From the NCBI GenBank assembly GCA_001769125.1, contig MEOG01000132.1:11628-75627 (forward strand): 64,000 nucleotides of DNA. The letters are read 5' to 3'. The stretch's first letter is position 1; every line of letters begins with the position of its first letter. The stretch comes from Bacteroidetes bacterium GWF2_35_48. Lineage in GTDB: Bacteria; Bacteroidota; Bacteroidia; Bacteroidales; GWF2-35-48. Below, piece by piece: positions 26,427 through 35,352 of this stretch. The position numbers and the translations under genes are program-made. The notes under the pieces are model-generated. The model worked only from the letters and a program-made list of their open reading frames with translations. It had not been told where the DNA came from and did not search any database.

Positions 26427-27749
26427 TCACACATCCTGTATTTCCCCAATCAGCGTAGCAGAGGTAGAGCGCATGATTTTTACCTTTACATAATCTCCAA
26501 TCACCGCACTTTCTTTCGGAAAAACAATTACTTTATTTTGTGAATTCCTTCCGAATAAAAATTCTTTCGATTTTTTAGATGTTCCCTCTATTAGTACTTC
26601 GTAGGTTTTTCCAACATCCTGTTTTTTGCTCTCAGCAGAAAGTTTGTTCTGAAGTGAGATGATTTCACTCAGCCTGCGCGTTTTTATTTCTTCCCCAATA
26701 TTGTCTTTATACTTTCTGGCAGCAAACGTATCAGGTCGTTCGGAGTATTTAAACATAAATGCAAAATCGTACTTTACCCACTCCATCAGAGAGAGCGTTT
26801 CTTTATGATCTTCTTCCGTTTCATCGCAAAAGCCTGTAATAATATCTGTAGAAATAGAACATTCCGGTAAATATTTTTTAATGGAACGAATCCTGTCCAT
26901 ATACCATTCACGGGTGTAGCCACGCTTCATAAGCTCAAGCATTTTTGTGCTTCCTGATTGTACGGGAAGATGAATACTTTTGCAGATATTATCATATTTT
27001 GCCATAACTTCAAGCACCTCATCGGTCATGTCGTGTGGGTAAGATGTAGAAAAGCGCACACGCAACAAAGGATTGGTCTGGGCTACTTTTTCAAGCAATC
27101 CGGCAAAAGAGAGTGTTCCGGTTTTATCTTTCCATGCGTATTTGTCAACATTCTGCCCAAGCAGTGTAACTTCTTTATAGTTGCTATCAACAAGCTCCTG
27201 CGCTTCCCGCAGAATGGTTTGCGGAGAGCGGCTTCGTTCACGACCCCGTGTAAAAGGCACCACGCAAAAAGCGCACATATTGTCGCAGCCCCGCATGATA
27301 GAAACAAAAGCGCTCACACCATTTGTGTCATAACGCACAGGCAAAATATCTTCGTAATTTTCTTCTTTCGATAATTTTACATTAATGGATTTTTTACCCT
27401 GTTCCACTTCTACCAGCATCGAAGGAAGCTCTCTGTATGCATCGGGTCCGACAACAAGGTCTACAATTTTTGATTCTTCAATAAGCTTCTGCTTTAAACG
27501 TTCTGCCATACACCCGATAACGCCAATAATAAGCTCGGGATTTTTTTTACGCGCCAGCCTGAAAACGTCCAAACGCCCCCATACACGGGTTTCTGCATTC
27601 TCGCGAATAGAGCAGGTATTAACAAGAATCACATCCGCCTCATGAATATCTTCGGTGCGCATATACCCATGATCTTTCATCACAGAAACCACCACTTCGC
27701 TGTCTGCCACATTCATCTGGCAGCCATAAGTTTCAATATATAATTTCAA
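26427..27749 (-). CDS. miaB: tRNA-2-methylthio-N6-dimethylallyladenosine synthase
   Basis: MKLYIETYGCQMNVADSE N-terminus, radical SAM CDNMCAFC, C-terminal TRAM domain. The apparent start is TTG (27747-27749), with an in-frame stop 4 codons upstream. Confidence 0.92.
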   Translation of the reverse strand: MKLYIETYGCQMNVADSEVVVSVMKDHGYMRTEDIHEADVILVNTCSIRENAETRVWGRLDVFRLARKKNPELIIGVIGCMAERLKQKLIEESKIVDLVVGPDAYRELPSMLVEVEQGKKSINVKLSKEENYEDILPVRYDTNGVSAFVSIMRGCDNMCAFCVVPFTRGRERSRSPQTILREAQELVDSNYKEVTLLGQNVDKYAWKDKTGTLSFAGLLEKVAQTNPLLRVRFSTSYPHDMTDEVLEVMAKYDNICKSIHLPVQSGSTKMLELMKRGYTREWYMDRIRSIKKYLPECSISTDIITGFCDETEEDHKETLSLMEWVKYDFAFMFKYSERPDTFAARKYKDNIGEEIKTRRLSEIISLQNKLSAESKKQDVGKTYEVLIEGTSKKSKEFLFGRNSQNKVIVFPKESAVIGDYVKVKIMRSTSATLIGEIQDV

Positions 27750-27926
27750 TTCGTTATATTTTTATTTCTGCAAAATTAAACAAAAATGTTGATTCGCGAG
27801 TAAAGGAAAAGCAATCCTGTGAAATATCGCGGGAAAGCAAATGCGGTAGCCATCCCTGACAAGTTTGCGGAATTGATAAATAAATATTCGATTTAGGAGT
27901 AGAAGTAAGATTTAGGATTAAAAAAT

Positions 27927-29252
27927 TTACTTTATCGAAATCACATTTATTTCCACCCTGCGGTTTTTTTCCATTTCGTCTTCTTTGTTTGTCGTGGGAT
28001 AAAGCATGTATTTACTCCCAAAGCCAATTGTTGTCATACGAGTTCTTTCAATACCTTTTTCTTTAAGATAAGTATATATTGCTTGTGCGCGTTGTTCCGA
28101 TAATTTTTGTGACCAGCCTGGTCTTTGCGCTTCCGTTTGTTTAAAAGGGTCGTTCGTATGGCCTTCTATTCGTATCACCATCTTTTTATTTTTTTTCATA
28201 AGCTTATAGAGTGCCTTAACCGATGACATAGACTTAGGAAGAAGCCTTGCCTGGTCTCCATGAAAATTTATTCCGTCAAGCGTATATTTTTTACCGCCCT
28301 TTAATTTCGGAAGCACAACTTTGATATTATTTATCTGATAATTGGCTTTTTTCAGCTCCGCTTTATGTATCTCTTTTATTGATATAAAAGAACTGTCTTC
28401 TGTCATTACCAGATTATAATCTTCATTTAAAAAGACAATTGCTGAAAAATCAAATATACCTGCTTCATTGGTTTTTGTACTTGCAATTTCAACTCCGTTT
28501 TTATCTTCCAGTACTACATTAACATCATTCAGTACTTTATTATTTTCATCTTTAACTTCTCCTGTCAATCTGATTTTATTTTCGTAGCCCAATTCAATAG
28601 TATGCCCCTCGCCATTTGGATGCACATTATCTAAAACAAGATAATAGCGTTCTTTTTTCTTTACCTGTATTGATTTTGAAAACGGACTGCCTTTTCCTGC
28701 GCAAGTAAATTCATCTGTTGCTGCATCTGTGAGCCCGGTAATTTCTGATTTCCCCAAACCGGTACGCGTAATATTTGTACGCACAGGAAGTATTTTGCTC
28801 AATGCAACTTGTTCGCAAAAAGTACTGTCTGTACATTTAAAAAGAATGAAGTCGTAATCGTCGTTTTTATTCTCGGGAGTAATTCTGAAAACCAAATTAC
28901 CATCTTCAAAAACATCAAAATAATACCAGGCAGAATTATGTTCTTTTTCAAAAAAAAACATATCTCTTTGCTTTGAAGATTTTATTTCCAATATTTCGCC
29001 ATGCCTATCAGGAGCAACGGTTGGTCCATATTTTACTGAGATTTTTATCGCATCTTTACAATCAGCGGAAATGGGTTTCAGTTTGAGCGTTTTGTTCTGA
29101 GCGCTTGCAAATGGAACAAACAGTATAAGGATTAACAATGTCAGGAAGCCATCCCCCACCTTTTTCCTATCCGTTTTTTTACGCGATAAACTTATTTTCT
29201 CCTGCTTTTTTTTCTCTTTAGATTCCTCTGTGGGAGCGGTAGTATAAAACAT
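27927..29252 (-). CDS. OmpA-family protein (CarboxypepD_reg-like middle domain, OmpA C-terminal domain) with an arfB-tail-derived N-terminus
   Basis: The C-terminus RIEGHTNDP...SEQRAQAIYTYL...NRRVEINVI is an OmpA-like peptidoglycan-binding domain. I start it at the ATG at 29252 (MFYTTAPTEESKEKKKQEKISLSRKKTDRKKVGDGFLTLLILILFVPFASAQ). The longer ORF-track start at 29438 overlaps the upstream gene. A GTG at about 29144 is an alternative start. Confidence 0.75.
   Translation of the reverse strand: MFYTTAPTEESKEKKKQEKISLSRKKTDRKKVGDGFLTLLILILFVPFASAQNKTLKLKPISADCKDAIKISVKYGPTVAPDRHGEILEIKSSKQRDMFFFEKEHNSAWYYFDVFEDGNLVFRITPENKNDDYDFILFKCTDSTFCEQVALSKILPVRTNITRTGLGKSEITGLTDAATDEFTCAGKGSPFSKSIQVKKKERYYLVLDNVHPNGEGHTIELGYENKIRLTGEVKDENNKVLNDVNVVLEDKNGVEIASTKTNEAGIFDFSAIVFLNEDYNLVMTEDSSFISIKEIHKAELKKANYQINNIKVVLPKLKGGKKYTLDGINFHGDQARLLPKSMSSVKALYKLMKKNKKMVIRIEGHTNDPFKQTEAQRPGWSQKLSEQRAQAIYTYLKEKGIERTRMTTIGFGSKYMLYPTTNKEDEMEKNRRVEINVISIK
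29150..29238 (-). repeat. Direct-repeat copy A of the arfB 3' end (~86% identical by eye to 40762-40849)
   Basis: catcccccacctttttcct.tccg..tttttacgcgataa.cttattttctcctgcttttttttctc.ttagatt..tctgt is shared between the two loci. It contains identical stretches of 26 nt and 19 nt. Confidence 0.85.
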
Positions 29253-29292
29253 TAAGCATGTTGGTAATAATATTTGAAAGATATGATAAAAA

Positions 29293-31101
29293 TTATTTTC
29301 CCACAGGATTTTCAACAACAGGCAATTTTTTTGTAACGGCTCTTTTTTCTTTCTGTAAATCGAGTTCTTCAAATAAAATAGCATCCGGCAAAATGAATGA
29401 AGAGGGGATACCTGCCAGTGGCCAGCGATAAGTGTCATAATTTGATTTTTTCCCTTTTATCAACGTATTGTAAACATATTCCTTATTTGAAAATCCTAAT
29501 GTTTTTTTGAATGATTTAACAGTAAGTCCGCTGATTTCTACTGAACGGACAAGCTCCTCTTTACCGTCTTTCACAGATACTCTGTAAACCTGAAATGGCG
29601 TTGAAACTGCATCTTTCTTTTCCTGCCCTTCACCGCCAAAGAAAATCATTTCGTTTTCTTCGGGAATCCCGGCATTCAGATTTTTTATTTTTCTGACAAT
29701 GTATACATACTCCAAATCTTCTTCTTTTGCAGCAGCAAACATTTTTTTCATTAGTTCATCTTTGGTCATACCTTTGGATGTAGTAAAACTAATAACACCG
29801 GGGCCTGTTACAGTAGAAATACCCCCTCCATTAAAAGTAAACCGCTTATGCCCGTTTGACTGTAAAACTTTTGTTGAAGGCACTCTGTCGTTCAATAAAT
29901 TTTTTAAAACGCCATTGTCAACCAATACAAGTTCTTTATCTGGTTTTACACCTTCTGCATCTATTTCATAAGAACCGACAAGTTTAATACCGTTGTATTC
30001 TTTTAAGCCTGGTATTGCTTTAATGGTAAGGTCTCTTGAAACTAATTTTTTATTTAATAAGGGTTCTATGCCATTATCTTTATACATATCGCCAGCCATT
30101 TGAGCAAGTGTAGGATTGCTTAAAATTGGTTTTCTGTTGCCTACCAGACTTGTTGTTCCACTAAAAAATTTCTGTACTAAAATTTCGGCTGCTGCTTCGC
30201 CTTCAAAAAGTACAGGGCCTGAATATGCCTCTGCAATAACGGGAGCTTTGCGTAATGCTGTAATATTATCAGCCATTGTTTTAATGTCTTTTTTCATAAT
30301 TTCCATTGAAGGTAAATCATTCTGTGAAAGAGTATAATAAAAAACATGATCAGCCAAAGGTTCACCATCGGAAGCCTGTGTTTTTACATACGCTTGTAAA
30401 GCGACAATTACAGCCGGGTATTTTACTTCTGACAAATCTGTATTGGTAAAATACACATCGGCCTGATAAACGAAAATATTTACACCTGATGAAAAAATAT
30501 CATTATAAGTTTTCATGATTGCGGATAATTCTTTTGCCGTGTTTTCGAGCTTGGCTTTATCAATTGTAAAAGTGGGTGATTGCAGTATTAATTTTTGCTG
30601 GGGTGCAGTTGAAAAATCAGCAAGGTTTTTTTCTTCATCAGCTAAATTCTGTTGCTGAATGCTGGAAATTTTTGCTTCGTACTTTGCTGTTGCTGTTTTA
30701 TACCTGTGATCGGTAACTAACCATAAAGCCCTTTTTATGGCGTTCACATCATTACCTAACGGAATGCTCATATCGTCACGCTCCCAAAACCAAATTGTAT
30801 TTTCATCAAGATAGTTATCGCAGGTGCGTGTATTATCACCTACTAATACAGTGTTTTCCTGTTTTCTGAATTGTTTTTCTTCGGAAAGAATTACCGAGCC
30901 AAGCGAAGCGTTTATTTGCAAAGCTTTGGCATCGGCTATCGTGTAACTAATAAAAAAGGGTTTCCTGAGTTTTTCTAATTTCAGGTTTTCAATATTTCTT
31001 TTCAGTTCTTCTTTCATTGCTTTTAAAATGACCGGCTCCTGTGCAGTTGCTATGTTTACTAAGAAACATATCAGACTTGCTATTATCAATATTTTTTTCA
31101 T
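29293..31101 (-). CDS. Exported TldD/PmbA-family protein, PmbA-like partner lacking the HExxxH motif (602 aa)
   Basis: Signal peptide MKKILIIASLICFLVNIATAQE. Overall collinearity with the upstream TldD-like paralogue (FISY..AD, ALW..TD..YK.A, GPVLFEGEAAAE, NGHKRF). No metal-binding His motif seen. Confidence 0.7.
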   Translation of the reverse strand: MKKILIIASLICFLVNIATAQEPVILKAMKEELKRNIENLKLEKLRKPFFISYTIADAKALQINASLGSVILSEEKQFRKQENTVLVGDNTRTCDNYLDENTIWFWERDDMSIPLGNDVNAIKRALWLVTDHRYKTATAKYEAKISSIQQQNLADEEKNLADFSTAPQQKLILQSPTFTIDKAKLENTAKELSAIMKTYNDIFSSGVNIFVYQADVYFTNTDLSEVKYPAVIVALQAYVKTQASDGEPLADHVFYYTLSQNDLPSMEIMKKDIKTMADNITALRKAPVIAEAYSGPVLFEGEAAAEILVQKFFSGTTSLVGNRKPILSNPTLAQMAGDMYKDNGIEPLLNKKLVSRDLTIKAIPGLKEYNGIKLVGSYEIDAEGVKPDKELVLVDNGVLKNLLNDRVPSTKVLQSNGHKRFTFNGGGISTVTGPGVISFTTSKGMTKDELMKKMFAAAKEEDLEYVYIVRKIKNLNAGIPEENEMIFFGGEGQEKKDAVSTPFQVYRVSVKDGKEELVRSVEISGLTVKSFKKTLGFSNKEYVYNTLIKGKKSNYDTYRWPLAGIPSSFILPDAILFEELDLQKEKRAVTKKLPVVENPVGK

Positions 31102-31152
31102 TTTATTTCGATTTAAATTATTAGAAAATGTGTTACAAAATTTATTTATTGG

Positions 31153-32844
31153 TTACGGTCTTTTTAATATAGCTGGTCTGTCTTGTTTTTTATTTTTTCG
31201 TTGTGTTTCTATTTGTTTTACAAATACTGAAGGTGAAACGCAGGTCGTGGGAATACCACCCGATTCAGCCCCGCATGTTCCTGTGAAAACATTATAACTG
31301 TCGCCTGCTGCTGCAATTTGTGAAAACATTGCAAGGGGTGTACCCACAAGGTCAACACCACGAACCAGTTCATCTGGGCGACCGTCAACATAAATTCTGT
31401 AAACTTCTGTCGGCATAACATTAAAAGCATTGGGAATAAAACGACCTGTCATAGTAAAGCCCCCTGTCACATTTGCAAACAGGTAGCCGTATTCTTTGCC
31501 CTGTTTTTTTGCTTCCTCCCTTAACATTTTTTTCAGGTCTTCCATTTTATTGGGTTGAGAGGTTTCTATTATAAGGTTTGATTGCCTTGTTACAGGCTGT
31601 TTACCGTGGGCGGCTCTGCCGTGTCCGTTTGAATTAGAAAATTTTTCAATAGGGCAACGTGACATCAAAAAGCCATTCAGAACTCCTTTATTTACAATAC
31701 TTACTTTTTTGCCTTTTATTCCTTCATCATCGAAAGTATATGAACCGTAAAGATCAAAACCTTTATACTGTTTTATAGAGGGGTCGAAAAATACAGTGAA
31801 ATCAGCAGGCAAAACATTTTCTCCGATTTTCTTTTTAAAAGTCTGTGCATCGCTTTCTTTTTTCATACGGTGCCCTTCAACCCTGTGTCCGAATATTTCA
31901 TGGAAAAATACACCGGCAGATTTGGAAGACAATAAAGCAGGACCTGTAAAAGCATCAACTACCGGCGCAACTTTAAGTTTACCCAATTTTTCAACCATTT
32001 CTTTGATGTCTTTCAAAATCATTTCATCATTTGGTAAATCAGAAGGTTTGTTGGCAAAATACGTTTCATATAAAGGAAGATCCATTCCGTCATCAGCCTG
32101 TATGTTTCCGCTGATGTGAAGCCAGGCATATACCCTGTTTTCAGCGATTGATGAACCTTCTGTTGACACATAATATTTTCTTTCGACAACAAAACGAATT
32201 ACAGATTCGCCTTTATAAATATCTGGATTAGTAAGAAAAACAGCCGAATATTTTTTAAGTTTTTCTTCCCATGCCGATTTATCAAATTTTGTTTCATCGT
32301 CTTTTAAAAGGGGTTCAATATTAACCTCTGCTTTTTCTTCGGAAAAATCGAATGATTTATCTTCTGTTTCAACTTTTACAGCAACATTGGCCTGTACTTT
32401 GGCAAGACGATCGGTAGCTTTGCGATACCCGTCATCAGTTGCAGACCACAATATTTGCTTAATACCCTCTGCCTGATTATCTAAAGGAAATTCAACACCG
32501 TCTGACCAGCCTTCCATCCATCCGCTGTTATCGTCGCGCAACTCATGAAAATTATCAAGTTCGCGGCTGCCAGTCCGAACCATTACCGTAAGAAATCGTT
32601 TGTTCTCAACATCCGACAGTATCAAATTATCGAATGATGTTTTAATATTATAGGTCTTTACTTCATCAATCCTGTAACTGATAAAATAAGGTGCGCCGGG
32701 CTGTTTTTTGAATGCTTCAAAATTCCGGGTTAATTCACCTTTCATAATGTCAATAAGTTTGTCCTGCGCATACGCTGTGATTCCGCCCAGAATCCCTGTA
32801 CTCAATCCTATAAAGGTGAGCAATGCTAAAAAAAAATTTCCCAT
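31153..32844 (-). CDS. Exported TldD-like metallopeptidase (563 aa)
   Basis: Signal peptide ending AYAQD. The TldD-type zinc motif is FHEIFGHRVEGHR. The C-terminal blocks GTCGAESGGIP and SPSVFV are typical of the TldD/PmbA fold. Confidence 0.75.
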   Translation of the reverse strand: MGNFFLALLTFIGLSTGILGGITAYAQDKLIDIMKGELTRNFEAFKKQPGAPYFISYRIDEVKTYNIKTSFDNLILSDVENKRFLTVMVRTGSRELDNFHELRDDNSGWMEGWSDGVEFPLDNQAEGIKQILWSATDDGYRKATDRLAKVQANVAVKVETEDKSFDFSEEKAEVNIEPLLKDDETKFDKSAWEEKLKKYSAVFLTNPDIYKGESVIRFVVERKYYVSTEGSSIAENRVYAWLHISGNIQADDGMDLPLYETYFANKPSDLPNDEMILKDIKEMVEKLGKLKVAPVVDAFTGPALLSSKSAGVFFHEIFGHRVEGHRMKKESDAQTFKKKIGENVLPADFTVFFDPSIKQYKGFDLYGSYTFDDEGIKGKKVSIVNKGVLNGFLMSRCPIEKFSNSNGHGRAAHGKQPVTRQSNLIIETSQPNKMEDLKKMLREEAKKQGKEYGYLFANVTGGFTMTGRFIPNAFNVMPTEVYRIYVDGRPDELVRGVDLVGTPLAMFSQIAAAGDSYNVFTGTCGAESGGIPTTCVSPSVFVKQIETQRKNKKQDRPAILKRP

Positions 32845-32943
32845 TTTGCTATTTTTTAGATAAAATTAATTTGCAAATTACTATTTATAATTTAAAAATG
32901 TACTTCCTCCGAAAAGTATTGCATAATTTTTTTCGGAATGGAC

Positions 32944-34026
32944 TCAAAAATAAAACCTTGTTAAAATCCTGACCTGAGAACCAATTGTTGTGTATGGGTC
33001 TTGACTTCCTTTTATTAATTTTTCATTTTCATAAGATGAGCGACCAAAAGAATAAACAAAATAAACAGAAAATTCTGAACCAATGCTGAAATGATTTCCA
33101 ATTGGAAAATACTCCGCTCCTAATACAGGTGAAACTGAAATATTATACCATACATTTTTCAATTCTAATTTTGGAGTATCAGTATAGATAACTGTATTAT
33201 TTGATGTCCCAAAAATTATTCTCGGCCCAAAATAAATATTTGCCTTTCCCTTCTGAATCATAGGAAAAATACCCAAACCAATATTAAAAGCAGATGATTT
33301 ATACTTTGTTGAAGCAGAAGCACTATCACTTGCTGAAACTTTGGCAAATGAAAAATCAAGTTCCATTCTGAAATGTTCATTAAATGAAATAGGCATTAAT
33401 ATATTTTTCATTGGTGAAGTAACTAAACTATGAGATGCCATAATAAAACCTAAATCTAATAATTGAGCACCTATTCCAAAAACTCTCGGTTCAATAGTTG
33501 ATTTTTTTTCATCTGTTATTTCCTTGACCACTGTTTTCAGTGAAGAAATATCTGCTGTTAATTGTTTAATATTTAAGGTAATTTCATTTGTAGATTGCTT
33601 AATGTCGCCTGATGATTCATTACTTTTAAGTTTATTTACAGCATCAATTAAATCTACCTGATATTTTGATTGTTGTTGATTTACAAGTGTAAGTTGTTCC
33701 ATAAACTTCTTGAATGTTTCATTCATTAAAGAATCTTGTTTTATCATTTTCTTTAATAAATCATTACTGTAATTATTTTGTGCTTCTGATTTTTTGTCCA
33801 TATCAAATTTCTTTGACGGGTTATTTTGTATCTGCATGATATCAGACCTTGAAATTGTTTTAGCAATTCCGTTTTTTTCGCTTAAATCTATATACGTTAC
33901 TGTTTCAGGTGTTTCTTTAGTTATAGTTGCCTGAATCACATTCAAGTTATTGAGAATAATAATTGCATCTTGAGAAAAAGAAGCAAAGCTGATACAGACA
34001 AACGTAAAAATTAACAGTGTTTTCAT
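32944..34026 (-). CDS. Exported protein: small N-terminal beta domain, coiled coil, C-terminal outer-membrane beta-barrel-like domain
   Basis: Signal peptide MKTLLIFTFVCISFASFSQD. Central Q/K/E-rich helical region. C-terminal ~170 aa show alternating hydrophobic beta-strand pattern ending in aromatic ..RILTRFYF, typical of an OM barrel terminus. Confidence 0.6.
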   Translation of the reverse strand: MKTLLIFTFVCISFASFSQDAIIILNNLNVIQATITKETPETVTYIDLSEKNGIAKTISRSDIMQIQNNPSKKFDMDKKSEAQNNYSNDLLKKMIKQDSLMNETFKKFMEQLTLVNQQQSKYQVDLIDAVNKLKSNESSGDIKQSTNEITLNIKQLTADISSLKTVVKEITDEKKSTIEPRVFGIGAQLLDLGFIMASHSLVTSPMKNILMPISFNEHFRMELDFSFAKVSASDSASASTKYKSSAFNIGLGIFPMIQKGKANIYFGPRIIFGTSNNTVIYTDTPKLELKNVWYNISVSPVLGAEYFPIGNHFSIGSEFSVYFVYSFGRSSYENEKLIKGSQDPYTTIGSQVRILTRFYF

Positions 34027-34053
34027 TTTATTAAATTTTTAGTTTTATTAGTT

Positions 34054-35343
34054 TTAATTTTTCACACAGCGAACTGAAAAACCCATATTAGAATAACCAT
34101 TACCACTTGAAATTTCAGTGCTGCCTGAAAATAAAATTTTCCATTTATAAGCAGCATCTGACGACCAAAAATACGCATATTCAGTTAAGTCATTAAAGAA
34201 ACCTGAATAATTACGATTACCTCCCGGCAAGGCTGTAAAATTACTACTATTGTCTGCGCCTGTATTTGGATTTGCCCAATGATAATAACCAGATTCTTTC
34301 ATTTTGCCTCCTGCAACAGCTTTTCCTCCAAGATAATCAATTAATGTTTGCCATTCTGTATTTGTCGGGACATGCCAATCGGTCGGACATATATTTTTAA
34401 TATTATTAACAGCATACCAATTATATAAATGACCATAATCAGTAGAAATATTGTTATAATCGCAATAAGCTCCTGTTGACGAAGTACTCCATGCAGTATT
34501 ATCAGTTATGTTTTGAATTGTTGTGTTATCAGCATATTTTGTTGTTTTTAAATTTGCTTTCATCCAACATTGTGATCCAATTGCAACTACAGGATAAGAA
34601 TTTCCGTCAATATCATATACATCGGAAGGGCATGTTACAGAAACTAAAGTCGTAAAACTTCTTTCAGCTCCATATCCTGTTCCTTTAATATTTGTTGCAA
34701 AAGCCTTCACATAATATGTTGTATTTGGTGCTAACCCTGATAAGTTGCTTGAAAAAATTCCTGTTCCTGTACCATTATTTGTTGGACTGTTTGATATACT
34801 CGGGTTCGGATTCGTGCTGTAACATATACCTCGCGCCGTTATTGAAGAATTGCCATCACTCGATATAGTTCCTCCGCTTATTGCAGTAGTAGATGTTATA
34901 TTTGTTATAGCATTTGTTGTAACTGTTGGTAATGAAATAATAGCATTTGTTGAAAAACTTAATTCATTTCCATAACCTGTGCCTGCACTATTTATAGCAT
35001 AAGCACGAACATAATACGTTTTATTTGATTTTAAACCTGAAAGCTTTACTGAAAAAATCCCGATAGTATCTTTGGGATGCACAGATTTCTTTTTTGTTGT
35101 TGTAGGGTTCTGAATTGTATCAAAGCATACACCCCTTTCTGTAATTTTTTTTCCACGGTCAGAAGAAATATTACCTCCGCAAGTTGCAGTATCAGCACCA
35201 ATACTTGTAACCGCCGAAGTTGTAAGAACAGGAACGGGACCGGTTGCCTCGCCATCATCTGTACTTTCTTTTTCACAGCTTACAAAAAATATTAGCTGAA
35301 CGCTGAATAAAATTACTATACAAAAAATGATTTTTGTTTTCAT
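34054..35343 (-). CDS. Lipoprotein with two Fn3/Ig-like repeats and a FISUMP (Fibrobacter succinogenes major paralogous, C-lectin-like) domain
   Basis: Lipobox LIFFVSC. Two ~95-aa repeats (T.A.TSI....A..GG.ISSD......RG.C......P......KTYYV.A.A.N..GTGYG...SF.T). The FISUMP signature is CWMKANLKTTKY...YGHLYNWYAV...CPTDWHVPTNTEWQTL...GGKMKE...NSSNFTALPGGNR...YAYFWSS...GFSVRCVKN. Confidence 0.85.
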   Translation of the reverse strand: MKTKIIFCIVILFSVQLIFFVSCEKESTDDGEATGPVPVLTTSAVTSIGADTATCGGNISSDRGKKITERGVCFDTIQNPTTTKKKSVHPKDTIGIFSVKLSGLKSNKTYYVRAYAINSAGTGYGNELSFSTNAIISLPTVTTNAITNITSTTAISGGTISSDGNSSITARGICYSTNPNPSISNSPTNNGTGTGIFSSNLSGLAPNTTYYVKAFATNIKGTGYGAERSFTTLVSVTCPSDVYDIDGNSYPVVAIGSQCWMKANLKTTKYADNTTIQNITDNTAWSTSSTGAYCDYNNISTDYGHLYNWYAVNNIKNICPTDWHVPTNTEWQTLIDYLGGKAVAGGKMKESGYYHWANPNTGADNSSNFTALPGGNRNYSGFFNDLTEYAYFWSSDAAYKWKILFSGSTEISSGNGYSNMGFSVRCVKN

Positions 35344-35352
35344 AACATTGTA

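Noticed and set aside
29253-29438. N-terminal 62 residues of the ORF-track model 27927-29438 (503 aa)
   Set aside because: This part overlaps the 3' end of the PmbA-like gene (29293-31101) in another frame and has no signal-peptide or domain character. The ATG at 29252 gives a sensible exported protein.
34054-34200. FISUMP/C-lectin-like C-terminus as the variable region of a diversity-generating retroelement
   Set aside because: No reverse transcriptase, no accessory Avd-like gene and no template-repeat copy of this segment could be found anywhere in the window.
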